Source: a virus
Virus record (IMG/VR): IMGVR_UViG_3300050343_000220
Coordinates: 5,138-69,137 of that record
Reading direction: 5' to 3' (one strand)
Length of the DNA: 64,000 bases
A program made the translations under genes and the position numbers. Shown piece after piece: positions 46,601 through 56,334 of this stretch (its first letter is position 1; each line of letters starts with the position of its first letter). The notes under the pieces were generated by a model, which ran no database searches, was not told the origin of the DNA, and saw only the letters and a program-made list of their open reading frames with translations.

Positions 46601-46761
46601 TAGTCGTTAAACATGGATTTGGGATAACAGCGAATGACACGACGACAATCGGGACAAAGCTCGATAGTGTTGGCAATCGCTGTGTTGACATCAATAGCGG
46701 TAACTTCAAAGTCTTGCTTGTCACCTTCTTTGTCTATATAAACTACGTCGTAGTCTTTCAT
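46600..46761 (-). CDS. small protein with CPDC (not in ORF track)
   Basis: MKDYDVVYIDKEG...ELCPDCRRV; coupled at both ends. Confidence 0.55.
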   Translation of the reverse strand: MKDYDVVYIDKEGDKQDFEVTAIDVNTAIANTIELCPDCRRVIRCYPKSMFND

Positions 46762-46994
46762 TAACTGTTAGGTAGGTGTAGTTTTAAAGGTGGCAGATAC
46801 TTCTTTTCAGCAAGGTACACTTCGACTTCCTTGCGCTGATCGCTAGTGAGATAACCAAACATGATGTTGAGTATCTGGTTGAGATAGACCGTAGGAAACT
46901 CTGGTGAGTCTTGGGCCAATGCTGCGTGACACAGCAATACGACATCGAGGACGTCATAGTCAGGAACTTTTTCTAGTTGTGAATTGGTTGTCAT
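46761..46994 (-). CDS. hypothetical protein
   Basis: coupled ORF. Confidence 0.5.
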   Translation of the reverse strand: MTTNSQLEKVPDYDVLDVVLLCHAALAQDSPEFPTVYLNQILNIMFGYLTSDQRKEVEVYLAEKKYLPPLKLHLPNS

Positions 46995-47154
46995 TGAGAA
47001 GTTCTAAGTATTCATCGGGGTAAGCAGAGAAATGATCAAGCATTACAAGTAATGTTGCAATGCTTGTCTCAGTTGGTTGAATAGGTAGGTTAAGCATCAT
47101 TGAAGTGATGTACCTACGTGTTGCTCTTAAATGAGCAATTGAATCCATTGTCAT
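46960..47154 (-). CDS. hypothetical protein
   Basis: overlapping ORF in operon. Confidence 0.45.
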   Translation of the reverse strand: MTMDSIAHLRATRRYITSMMLNLPIQPTETSIATLLVMLDHFSAYPDEYLELLNDNQFTTRKSS

Positions 47155-47613
47155 TCGATAGGTTCTTCTTCTTCTTCATTTAAAGTTTCTTCAAGTTCAT
47201 CATCATATTGACCGTCATTGTAGTTAGATACAATTTGGTCAATTTGATCATAGACACTTGAGTAATCAAATTTATAAGTAATTAATTCAATCAAGTAGGG
47301 CAGTTCATCTTCATCGAATCCCATCATAATTATCTTGAAGATATTCTTCTAAGTCTACATAAACGAGTGAGTCAATATCTTCTTCGTCGTCAGCATCTGT
47401 GTTTTCTGTCATGTCATCTTCATCTCATCTGTATCAGAAGAAGTCTTCTAAAATAACTTCTGGATTTGATTCGGCATATTCATACACCCAATCATCAATT
47501 TGATCATGAATTGAATCATAATCAAAGTCTTCATCATTTTGACAAAGATGCCAAACAGATTGTCTGTTTTTTGCAGTCAGCGTTGGAAGTTTTCAATTAA
47601 ATATTCATTGACA
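47151..47613 (-). pseudogene. two broken paralogous acidic ORFs
   Basis: fragments FDYDSIHDQID and FDYSSVYDQID without intact frames. Confidence 0.45.
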
Positions 47614-47686
47614 TCAATTGTTAGAAACGGATCATAAGCATCATCCGCTTCTAACAGCAATGCACGACGTTCAGATGCAGCTCCCA

Positions 47687-48328
47687 TCAGAAGTCACCTC
47701 CAACAGTCTCTTCAACTTGAACATCAACTGCTTCAACAACAGTGTCTGGTTCGGTTGCAGTGTTCAATGTATCTTTCAATGTAGTAACAATGCTAGACAT
47801 AGATAACTCATATGATTCCCATGCTTTTTCCTTGCGGTCAGCATTGAGAATTGCATAGAGTTCTTTGTCAGAGTAAACATCTCCACATCGAATAGAAGCA
47901 AAGATAGGCTTGCGGCCCATGTTGCCTCGATATGAATCAAGGTTGAATGACTCAGTGATCATTCCATTTTGGAACAATCCATACAAACCTGAGATGACAC
48001 ACATAGACCACCAAGTTTGGATACCTGAGGTAACCAAGATCTTGTTGCCACTGTGTAACTCAAGAATGACATTGAGCTTTGTGGCATTTTCTGTGCCAAT
48101 TCCAGTAACAATATCGATATCGACAAGCTTGACATTTGCAAGACGAGTCAAAGGCTTTCCAGCTTTTGTCATCAAGGCAGCAGGCTTTTCATCGTTGCCA
48201 ATGTAGTGAAACAGTACAGCTTCGCTTTCTTTGACTACACCGATGCCGATCATCATATTGATTTCAGGTGCTTCTCCACCTGATACGAGGTCAGCAACAA
48301 TTGCAGAACTATCTACGAGCATGGTCAT
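47687..48328 (-). CDS. hypothetical protein ending VGGDF
   Basis: start set at MTMLVD, 38 nt after the RTGYYC of element E1. Confidence 0.65.
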   Translation of the reverse strand: MTMLVDSSAIVADLVSGGEAPEINMMIGIGVVKESEAVLFHYIGNDEKPAALMTKAGKPLTRLANVKLVDIDIVTGIGTENATKLNVILELHSGNKILVTSGIQTWWSMCVISGLYGLFQNGMITESFNLDSYRGNMGRKPIFASIRCGDVYSDKELYAILNADRKEKAWESYELSMSSIVTTLKDTLNTATEPDTVVEAVDVQVEETVGGDF

Positions 48329-48360
48329 GTGAATTTGTAAGTAAGTGACAAAGCCCAAAA

Positions 48361-48393
48361 GGGCATTAGAAAATACAGCCGCTGATAAGCGGC
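48361..48393 (-). promoter_or_regulatory. hairpin-11nt-RTGYYC element E1
   Basis: GCCGC-ttatca-GCGGC tgtattttcta ATGCCC. Confidence 0.75.
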
Positions 48394-48563
48394 AGTATTG
48401 TTATTTATTTCGTACTGGATCTAAAGACTCAAGTCGATTAGCTTGCGTTGACATAAGTCAGCACAAGTTTGATAGACAGCTTGAGGATCTTCAGCTTCAT
48501 GCTGGATTATTAGCTGTTCAAGGAAATGCAAAACAGCCCTGAAAGTTCTTTTGTATCTATTCA

Positions 48564-48731
48564 TCAAACAGGTGCAAGCTCACCTCTTAGTTCAGCAAGC
48601 TTTGTTGCTGCTTGACATTCGACAAGTATCCAAGCTAGTTCGCCGGATACGACATGTTGATCACAGAAGTACTGAACAGTATCTTCAATGACTTCTTGGA
48701 TCTCTTGGCTTAGTTCTCTGGATATTTCCAT
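48564..48731 (-). CDS. small protein (not in ORF track)
   Basis: MEISRELSQEIQEVIEDTVQYFCDQHVVSGELAW..., 55 aa. Confidence 0.6.
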   Translation of the reverse strand: MEISRELSQEIQEVIEDTVQYFCDQHVVSGELAWILVECQAATKLAELRGELAPV

Positions 48732-48834
48732 TGATAGATATATAAACTACGGAGCTCTGCTCCATTCCATAAATATAGCCGCCAATCGGCGGCTATGGTT
48801 GCTTTATTAGATTTGTTTAACTAATTAAAGATAT

Positions 48835-49719
48835 TCAACGCCTCATCCGACGTCCACCTCTACGTGACATACGTCGTGAACGCATTGGCCGTGACCTACG
48901 CATTGGTCGTGACCTACGCATTGCACGTGAACGCATAGGAGCTGAACGCATTGGCCGTGACCTACGCATTGGTCGTGACCTACGCATTGGCCGTGCACGA
49001 TTCATCGCTTTACGAGATGAACTCATACGTGCTGGCCTACCCTGTGCTTTTCTCCGGCGTGCTTTTACACGTTTAATCTTAGCTTTAAGACGCATTAACT
49101 TCATTGAGTTTCCAGAAGCTTTAGCTGCTTTTTTACGAGCTCTAATCTTTCTGATCTTTGAAGTTAATTTATCTTTTTTCCTGTTATTTTTCTTCGTGGT
49201 AATCCGACGAGGCGACTTGGGTTTTGGCTTATCACCTTTACGTTCACCCATAGTTGGTTTTGGTTTGCGATCAGGTTTTTTCGGATCACTTTTAGGTGAT
49301 GGCTTTTGAACAGCTGGTGTACTTTTCCCACCGGTAGTTCCTTTACCTCCACCGGTAGTTGCTTTACCACCACCGGAGTTGCTTGTACCGGAGTTGCTTG
49401 TACCGGAGTTGCTTGTACCGGAGTTACTACTACCCGCAGCAGCCATCATCATCATCACGGATGTGCCGGTGTTATTTTTTGCCATTCCACTTGCACTATT
49501 GCTTGTGGATTTAGTTGTATTAGAGTTAGAAGATTTATTCTTATTCGTAGAAGTGTTTCCCGAACTCTTAGATTTATTGTTGTTAGTAGAAGTATTTCCC
49601 GAGCTTTTTGAAGTGGAACTGGAATTACCTACATTACTAATAGTAATGCTATTTTTATTTACAGTACCCTTTCGTGCGACACCTCGCATTTTTCGGGTAT
49701 TTTCTTCTGCAGCTGACAT
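48835..49719 (-). CDS. low-complexity protamine-like protein
   Basis: S/T/N-rich, then K-rich, then MRRSRP repeats; no F/W/Y/C/H. Confidence 0.7.
   Translation of the reverse strand: MSAAEENTRKMRGVARKGTVNKNSITISNVGNSSSTSKSSGNTSTNNNKSKSSGNTSTNKNKSSNSNTTKSTSNSASGMAKNNTGTSVMMMMAAAGSSNSGTSNSGTSNSGTSNSGGGKATTGGGKGTTGGKSTPAVQKPSPKSDPKKPDRKPKPTMGERKGDKPKPKSPRRITTKKNNRKKDKLTSKIRKIRARKKAAKASGNSMKLMRLKAKIKRVKARRRKAQGRPARMSSSRKAMNRARPMRRSRPMRRSRPMRSAPMRSRAMRRSRPMRRSRPMRSRRMSRRGGRRMRR
48881..48995. repeat. 18-bp coding tandem repeat (MRRSRP)
   Basis: cgcattggYcgtgaccta units. Confidence 0.85.
49373..49425. repeat. 15-bp coding tandem repeat (TSNSG)
   Basis: ccggagttgcttgta x3 plus a partial copy. Confidence 0.9.
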
Positions 49720-49930
49720 AATGCAATATAAATACTACATTTAGTTTAACAATGTAATAATCAGTTTTCCTTGGATGCTGGAGTTGTATCTTCTACTTTT
49801 GCTGGTGGAGTAGGAGGTTGTACAGGAATTACTTCTCTACGATCACCACGAGTGTTCCGTTGTGCTGCTTCGTCACCTAATGCCATTGTATTTTCTCTCA
49901 ATAATGTATTTAATAATGATTATAAGTTAA

Positions 49931-50122
49931 TTACCAAATACCTGGGATGATTTGGCCGGTAAGAGCATATGCACCAATAGCAGCAATTACTCCTAGCATT
50001 GCAATTCGACCGTTTAACATTTCAGCTTTTTCGTTGTGTGTCACAGTGATCTCCATTACTTGCATTTGTGGTTCTTTGGCAAAGACATTTTGACGTCCTT
50101 GATCTTCATTAGTTACAGTCAT
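49931..50122 (-). CDS. hli: high-light inducible protein
   Basis: AEMLNGRIAMLG...TGQIIPGIW; N-terminal N.FAKEP. Confidence 0.95.
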   Translation of the reverse strand: MTVTNEDQGRQNVFAKEPQMQVMEITVTHNEKAEMLNGRIAMLGVIAAIGAYALTGQIIPGIW

Positions 50123-50123
50123 T

Positions 50124-50798
50124 TTATTTATATTCCTTAATAAAGTTTACACTATTGCACTTAATTTGTGCGATATCTTGTTCAAAGATTTCTAATCCAG
50201 CATCAGTAAGAATATGCTTATACATATCCTCAAATACTGAGGGAGGCATAGTCACAACATCAGCTCCGTTATAGAAGGATCTGACTGCTCTATGCACACT
50301 ACGAATTGAAGCAGCTAGAACTTGTGTGTCCACATGTTTTGCCGCATACAATCCTTTGATACCTCTTACAACTTCAAGACCAGACACTTGTTGGTCATCT
50401 AGTCTTCCAACAAATGGTGATACGTATGTTGCTCCAGCTTTTGCTGCAAGAATTGCTTGAGGAATTGTAAAAACTAACGTGACATTAGTTCTGATGTGAT
50501 CTTTTGATAGCTCTTTACAAGCAAGTAGACCACACCTTGTCATAGGTAGTTTGATTGTGGCAACGCCATTAAATTCGTGAGCAAGCTGTTTGCCTGTCTC
50601 ATACATTTCATGAGCACTACCATACACTTCCATGCTGATATCACGTACACCTATTTGAGAGAGTTCTTTGTAGACATCAGTTGGTTCTTTGCCAGACTTT
50701 CTGATCAATGTTGGATTAGTAGTAACTCCATCAATTAATCCAGTGATAAAGTGTTTGGCTACATCTTCGATGTTTGCGGTATCAAGAAAGATTCGCAT
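50124..50798 (-). CDS. talC: transaldolase (TalC family)
   Basis: FLDTA, GVTTNPTLI, TIKLP, NVTLVF, YVSPFVGRLDD. Confidence 0.95.
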   Translation of the reverse strand: MRIFLDTANIEDVAKHFITGLIDGVTTNPTLIRKSGKEPTDVYKELSQIGVRDISMEVYGSAHEMYETGKQLAHEFNGVATIKLPMTRCGLLACKELSKDHIRTNVTLVFTIPQAILAAKAGATYVSPFVGRLDDQQVSGLEVVRGIKGLYAAKHVDTQVLAASIRSVHRAVRSFYNGADVVTMPPSVFEDMYKHILTDAGLEIFEQDIAQIKCNSVNFIKEYK

Positions 50799-50917
50799 TA
50801 TGTTTTTCTTTTGCTAGTAGCTTTAATATATTTGAATAATCCTCATAGCGAGGATTGTTGATGCTTACATGATGGTATTGATAGTACCTGACTGCATGCA
50901 TCACATCTTGTAGTTGT

Positions 50918-51103
50918 TCAACTGACAAGTCCATTATCTAGATCCTGCTGAGGCATATTTTTCTGTTGCAACTTTAACAAAAGCTTTGATGAAATTACAG
51001 ATGGATCTTTGGTTAATGCGCGTACACGCATACGGACAGATCTAGTCTTCCACATGCCAAGTGACATGGCAAGACATTTGACTTCTGGAAGAAGTTTAAT
51101 CAT
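50918..51103 (-). CDS. hypothetical protein
   Basis: 61-aa ORF overlapping the LAGLIDADG stop. Confidence 0.35.
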   Translation of the reverse strand: MIKLLPEVKCLAMSLGMWKTRSVRMRVRALTKDPSVISSKLLLKLQQKNMPQQDLDNGLVS

Positions 51104-51425
51104 TTTTATTTTCGTATGTATCTAGGCAATCAAGTACTTTGTGAGCACGGCGATCTCCGAGGAGAGGAAGCATCTTTAAAACAATTCGAGTAACTTCAGT
51201 TTTACGGGAACAAGTCCAGCGATAACAAGCTTTGCGTCCAGTAAGGATACGACTTGGTTGACTACTTTCATCGTGAATTTTGCCACCAGTGCCCATGACA
51301 TCTGCAAACATTTGAACAACGTCTTTATCTGTCATACGCATTTGTAATGTCCAAGTATTACTACGTTTGTCTTTATAGAGTGATCCTTCTCCTTCGAAGA
51401 GCCCTACGGCCCATTCGAAAGACAT
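51096..51425 (-). CDS. single-motif LAGLIDADG homing endonuclease
   Basis: WAVGLFEGEGSL...MTDKDVV..F...G.G.I...YRW. Confidence 0.8.
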   Translation of the reverse strand: MSFEWAVGLFEGEGSLYKDKRSNTWTLQMRMTDKDVVQMFADVMGTGGKIHDESSQPSRILTGRKACYRWTCSRKTEVTRIVLKMLPLLGDRRAHKVLDCLDTYENKND

Positions 51426-51451
51426 AAAAAAGGAGGTTTATTAGACCTCCT
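51426..51451 (-). terminator. psbA terminator abutting the endonuclease start codon
   Basis: AGGAGGTC-taat-AAACCTCCT followed by TTTT and then ATG. Confidence 0.7.
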
Positions 51452-51488
51452 AAATCTAGCCAATGCGCCAGTAAATTGTGAGAATTAA

Positions 51489-52571
51489 TTAACCAATAGA
51501 TGGTGCAGTTAAGGCTACAGATGTAGTCTCAGCAGCAGCTAAATCTAACGGAAAATTATGAGCATTTCTTTCGTGAATCACTTCGAGCCCAAGTCCAGCG
51601 CGATTAAGAATATCGCCCCAGGTATTGATAACACGTTTGTTGCTATCAAGGATGGACTGGTTGAAGTTGAAGCCATTTAGGTTGAACGCCATGGTTGACA
51701 CGCCAAGGGCAGTGAACCAAATACCAACAACAGGCCAGCTTGCTAAGAAGAAGTGCAGTGACCGGGAGTTGTTGAATGAGGCGTATTGGAAGATCAGGCG
51801 ACCGAAGTAGCCATGTGCTGCCACGATGTTGTAAGTCTCTTCTTCTTGACCGAATTTGTAGCCATAGTTCTGTGACACTTGCTCTGTGGTTTCACGCACG
51901 AGAGATGATGTAACAAGAGAACCATGCATAGCAGAAAATAAACTTCCACCGAAGACACCAGCCACACCAAGCATGTGGAACGGATGCATGAGGATATTAT
52001 GTTCTGCCTGGAACACCAACATATAGTTGAATGTACCTGAGATGCCCAAAGGCATTGCGTCAGAGAAGGATCCTTGTCCAAAGGGATAGACAAGAAACAC
52101 GGCAGATGCTGCTGCTACAGGTGCGCTATATGCGACGAAGATCCATGGGCGCATACCTAACCGGTAGCTAAGTTCCCATTCTCGTCCCATGTAAGCGTAG
52201 ATACCGATAAGGAAGTGAAAGACGACGAGTTGGAAAGGACCGCCGTTGTAGAGCCATTCGTCCAACGAAGACGCTTCCCAGATTGGGTAAAAATGCAGTC
52301 CGATTGCATTTGAAGACGGGACAACTGCTCCTGAAATAATGTTATTTCCGTAAAGGAGCGATCCAGCAACTGGTTCACGTATGCCATCGATATCAACAGG
52401 GGGTGCGCCAACGAAGGCGATAATGAAACAAATAGTCGCTGCGAGGAGCGTAGGGATCATGAGGATTCCAAACCAACCGACATACAGACGGTTGTTGGTG
52501 CTCGTAACCCACTGACAAAACTCTTCCCAGTTACTCTTAGCGCCGGAGCGCTGCATAACAGTTGAAGCCAT
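51489..52571 (-). CDS. psbA: photosystem II D1 protein
   Basis: full-length 360-aa D1 with [35 protein letters not shown]. Confidence 0.99.
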   Translation of the reverse strand: MASTVMQRSGAKSNWEEFCQWVTSTNNRLYVGWFGILMIPTLLAATICFIIAFVGAPPVDIDGIREPVAGSLLYGNNIISGAVVPSSNAIGLHFYPIWEASSLDEWLYNGGPFQLVVFHFLIGIYAYMGREWELSYRLGMRPWIFVAYSAPVAAASAVFLVYPFGQGSFSDAMPLGISGTFNYMLVFQAEHNILMHPFHMLGVAGVFGGSLFSAMHGSLVTSSLVRETTEQVSQNYGYKFGQEEETYNIVAAHGYFGRLIFQYASFNNSRSLHFFLASWPVVGIWFTALGVSTMAFNLNGFNFNQSILDSNKRVINTWGDILNRAGLGLEVIHERNAHNFPLDLAAAETTSVALTAPSIG

Positions 52572-52912
52572 TTGATTAATAGTGCGGTGTATTTGTGGGT
52601 ATTACTCAGCTTAAAAAGCCTACTAGTATATATTAAGTTATGAAACAAACATATACTGTAGGCATATGTGCTCAATATTCTTGAGCGGGAATAAATGCAA
52701 GTCCAGTCAAAGTTTCGATGTCAGTCAACATACGTGCTTTACCTTCTCTTGCTTCTCTACGAATCTTGCGAAGCTTGCTTACTTGATCAAGAAATCCTTG
52801 AGTCTTTTCGTGCTTGACAGATCTAGACATAATTTCTCCGATTAACGTATAGCCTTCTACAAAAGTGTAAATAGGCTTGCATTTACTATATATTGAAATC
52901 AACAAATTTGTG

Positions 52913-53257
52913 TCAGATATGGCTGACAGAAACATAGTCAACTCCTGGCTTGATTAGTCCGATTGCTGATGCTGCTCCGAAAGAGAGATCAAGCTCACGG
53001 CTACCAATGTAAGGACCACGATCGTTGATACGTACATCCACGCATCCTTGATAGCAGACACGTAGCTTTGTACCGAAAGGTAGCGTTTTATGTGCGGCGG
53101 TAAGTCCGTACATATTGTAAGTTTCACCGTTCGCTGTAGTCCTGCCGTGGAAATATCCACCGTACCAGGAAGATAACATTGAGTTTGTGGCACTAGCTGA
53201 TGTGCTGACACTGAGGAGGACAGCAGCAGCAATAGTGCTGATTGATTTAATAAACAT
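52913..53257 (-). CDS. RlpA-like (DPBB) lytic transglycosylase
   Basis: SWYG..FHGRTTANGE...TAAHKTLPFGT...INDRGPY...LDLS. Confidence 0.9.
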   Translation of the reverse strand: MFIKSISTIAAAVLLSVSTSASATNSMLSSWYGGYFHGRTTANGETYNMYGLTAAHKTLPFGTKLRVCYQGCVDVRINDRGPYIGSRELDLSFGAASAIGLIKPGVDYVSVSHI

Positions 53258-53334
53258 ATAAGGTTATTCTTAGTTTGCATGAAGATATAAAGTAACAATT
53301 AGAGGGCACTCATGCGTACCCTCAATGTTAACGA

Positions 53335-54296
53335 TCAAGCCGTAACTAGTTCTTGTGCAATAGAGAAAGCTTTCTTGCTTATCTGTGCACCCAGACCGAA
53401 AGTACCACGTGCAAATTGTGCACGAGACTTAGCAGCAGTTTGATTACGTGTGCTTGTTTCTAGCTGTGTAATGGCATTGAAGCCATTCCATAGGCTGAAT
53501 GAAGCGAATTCAGAACCATATCCAACACGGAATGCTTGCTCAAGCTTCTGTCGTTTACGAAGGATGTCACCTTCATTTACGTTATACACTTCATCGACAT
53601 AGTCGTTGAAAGCACTCATGCTCATAGCGGTACGTGAGAACTCACGCATTAGCTCGCACTCAGTTACAAAGTCCTGACGTGATACGTCAATGCTGTTGAT
53701 AAGAGCATCGAAGTTAGCGTTAGCAGTTCCCTTGTGAGTGATGCTTGAAGAAGCACCAGTTCCAGATAGGGCTGCAGTCAAAGTGTTTTGGCAAACCACA
53801 CGGATGTTTGTGAACTTTGCTCCACAGCCGGTTTTACCGTCGTGGCCCAAGTAACCAACAATTCGTCGTTTGACGGTGTCTCCAGGGACGATGTCCGTCT
53901 CCGCACCACGGAGTGTGGCGGTAAAACAGACTTTGGCTCCGTCTGATAGAACGATGACGCAGTCCATGTCTGCCTCTTCACGGATGAACTCCGCCATGCG
54001 TAGGAGCGATTCGTTTTGGACGATCTCGTATTGCTTGGTGACAACTCCGAGCAAGGCTTGGGTGTCAGTTCGGACAACTCCGAAGACGCCTGCGGGTGCT
54101 GTCACAAGGACTTGGATTCGGTTGTATCCAAGTGATTGCTCTTGGGGAAGGAAAGCTCGCGCTTCTCGACAGAAAATAGTGCGTCTGCTGTTTCAAACGC
54201 TTCTCGCGCTGGGAGTGTGCCAGGGGTGACAACCCCTTGCCCGTGCCATGCACGTTCTCCATTGCCGAGCCAGCCAGATGTGAAATTTGAGGGCAT
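53335..54296 (-). CDS. DUF932-family protein, split by a frameshift near 54105-54150
   Basis: N-part AWHGQG...FSVEK; C-part VRTDT..LGVV...IVQN...HDG...IRVVCQNTL...H...LWNGFNAIT. Confidence 0.75.
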
Positions 54297-54315
54297 TTGG
54301 TTGTAGCCATGTATT

Positions 54316-54348
54316 GGACACCAGTTGTGAAAGTCGCTGCTAAGCGAC
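54316..54348 (-). promoter_or_regulatory. hairpin-11nt-RTGYYC element E2
   Basis: GTCGC-ttagca-GCGAC tttcacaactg GTGTCC. Confidence 0.75.
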
Positions 54349-54473
54349 AATCAAAGTATGGTTATTTCACACATACGTGCAACGTTTCCATTGATACATT
54401 TATTGGATTAAATATATTGAGACATACAGATATCAATCGTCTAACTTATTGTTAAGCTTCTAGGCAAAAAAAA

Positions 54474-54800
54474 TTATGCTTGCAGATTAATATACTCAGA
54501 TACTTTTTCAGCCATTTCCCAGCCACCTTTGTATTGTCCTGTTTTACAAGCAACTAGGTGCTCACAGGCAAAACAAGGATGTCCATAACATTCTTTGGTA
54601 AGTCGTTTGTCAGCTTTTATACGTCTAAATGTAAACAATGAACTGATGTATCCACAGTTTTCTGAATGTTTGTGCATAAAGCAGCGAGTGGCTTCATACA
54701 TCACTTCAGACATTGTCATGCCCCAAGCATTGGCGTAGTCCTTTAATACTGCGTGACACGGGTCAGGCATTTGAACTTGAAGTTTTTTCATGAGGTACAA
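54474..54800 (-). CDS. RHH-like, Cys-cluster protein (paralogue 2)
   Basis: LQVQMPD..HAVLKDYA..WGMTMSEV; CYG..C..C.H..AC.TG.YK. Confidence 0.65.
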   Translation of the reverse strand: MYLMKKLQVQMPDPCHAVLKDYANAWGMTMSEVMYEATRCFMHKHSENCGYISSLFTFRRIKADKRLTKECYGHPCFACEHLVACKTGQYKGGWEMAEKVSEYINLQA

Positions 54801-55135
54801 CTGTCACATGGACATCTTTTGACGTGTTGCTTCAACAAATGCTCGTGTTTTTCAGCAATCTCCCATTCGTTTTTATAAAGGCCAGTTCTGCAGGCAAGCT
54901 GATGTTTGCAGCACCGGCATAACCAGCCATAGCAGTGCTTTGCTGAGCGTTTGTCAGGAATCATCCCCTGCTTACGCAAAAGACCATCTGCAAGCGCACA
55001 CACTTCTGCGGAAGCGTGTACGTGCTGTTTCGCTGCTTCGTACATGAGTTCTCCCATAGTCATGCCCCAGTAGGCGCAGTACTCTTTGAGAACAGCAGCG
55101 AATTTTTCGTCAACGGGAACGTCGATACGCTGCAT
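54788..55135 (-). CDS. RHH-like, Cys-cluster protein (paralogue 1)
   Basis: IDVPVDE..AAVLKEYC..WGMTMGEL; same Cys motif. Confidence 0.65.
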   Translation of the reverse strand: MQRIDVPVDEKFAAVLKEYCAYWGMTMGELMYEAAKQHVHASAEVCALADGLLRKQGMIPDKRSAKHCYGWLCRCCKHQLACRTGLYKNEWEIAEKHEHLLKQHVKRCPCDSCTS

Positions 55136-55199
55136 GAAGGCGATCTCACTGCGGTTAAATTACCTATGAAAAGGGACAAATAGAGCATTGTTGCCAATT

Positions 55200-55490
55200 T
55201 TGGGCTCGGTTACGATTTGTAAATTTGTGCTATTTGTACGTTATTTGTGCATATGACCAAAAAACATAGGGTTTTGTAGTAGTTTTTAAAAGGCGTTTTT
55301 TTGCTCGAATGTCCTTGCGCCGCAATTAAAAATGCGTTTATTGGGGTACAAGGCAAACTACGTAAACTACGCAAAACGCATAAGTTCCCTATATATTCCT
55401 TTTTTTATTACGTCTTCCCCTCTCTTATTACTATCTTTTTAAAAATGCACATATAGGAAAGTAGCGTAGCAAGTGTAGCTTTGTAGTTTT
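55200..55490. other. origin-like non-coding region B
   Basis: ATTTGT x4, AAACTACG x2, CCTATAT/ATATAGG inverted repeat, GTAG repeats. Confidence 0.45.
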
Positions 55491-55503
55491 AATGATGAAT
55501 TAT

Positions 55504-56169
55504 CTACGAAAAGCTCCTTAGGTTTAGCTTGCTGCCAAGATTTAACTTGAAGTCATCAAGAAACATGCGACTACTGTTATCAGATTTATTGACTCGACTG
55601 TCAATTGACTGTTTGATTGCATTGCTTTGGGAGACAACGTTGTTGTCGCCCGTAACAGTTTGAGGGTTAGCTTGTGTAATCGGTGAATTAATACTGTTAT
55701 CACCTTCAGCAGTACCATAGTTTTGAGCAGTAGGTATCTCTACTTCTGCTTTGGTTGATTCATTCTTAATATTTTTGTCAATATATTCGTCTAGGAATTT
55801 CTTAGGCTTATCTTCTTTCTTTTCTTTAGTTTGAGTAGGTCCATTTTGAATAAGATCAATGATCTGCCTAACTTCAGATTTATCATTGACATTGCCAATG
55901 TCTAAAGACTTAGCAGCATCTCGGACTTGTCCGTATGAATAGTCATAAAGGGGGTTTGTATATTCGTAGGCGTTTTTACTTACATTATCTTCAGCACTGC
56001 CAGAATCTCCACGATAGTTTGCTTGAATAGCATCGTTAGCCTCTGGATTAGTTGGATCACGGTACCAAAAGGATTTACCGTCGATACTTAAATCTTTGGT
56101 GCTATATTTACCGGATGTAGCTTTACGTCCATTGTCAGGTAAGTATAAGCCAGATTTCTTTTTACCCAT
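55504..56169 (-). CDS. hypothetical protein
   Basis: 221-aa ORF. Confidence 0.55.
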   Translation of the reverse strand: MGKKKSGLYLPDNGRKATSGKYSTKDLSIDGKSFWYRDPTNPEANDAIQANYRGDSGSAEDNVSKNAYEYTNPLYDYSYGQVRDAAKSLDIGNVNDKSEVRQIIDLIQNGPTQTKEKKEDKPKKFLDEYIDKNIKNESTKAEVEIPTAQNYGTAEGDNSINSPITQANPQTVTGDNNVVSQSNAIKQSIDSRVNKSDNSSRMFLDDFKLNLGSKLNLRSFS

Positions 56170-56334
56170 AGCTAATAATTTATATGCTATGGATATTTTA
56201 CTTAATTATTAATAGTGGTTGATTCGAAGATAGAAGGCCATGCAGGGATAGCAGGTAGCTCATCTTCTTCACGTTCTAGTTCTTCGATGTCATCGAAAGG
56301 GAACTTCTCAGGTTGTTCAGTCATAAATTTTAGG

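Noticed and set aside
49931-52571. psbA, hli and talC as a new system
   Set aside because: Well-known cyanophage auxiliary metabolic genes
54090-54160. Programmed frameshift in the DUF932-like gene
   Set aside because: No clear slippery heptamer; other indel-rich patches (18.3-21 kb, 47.2-47.6 kb) suggest consensus errors or decay
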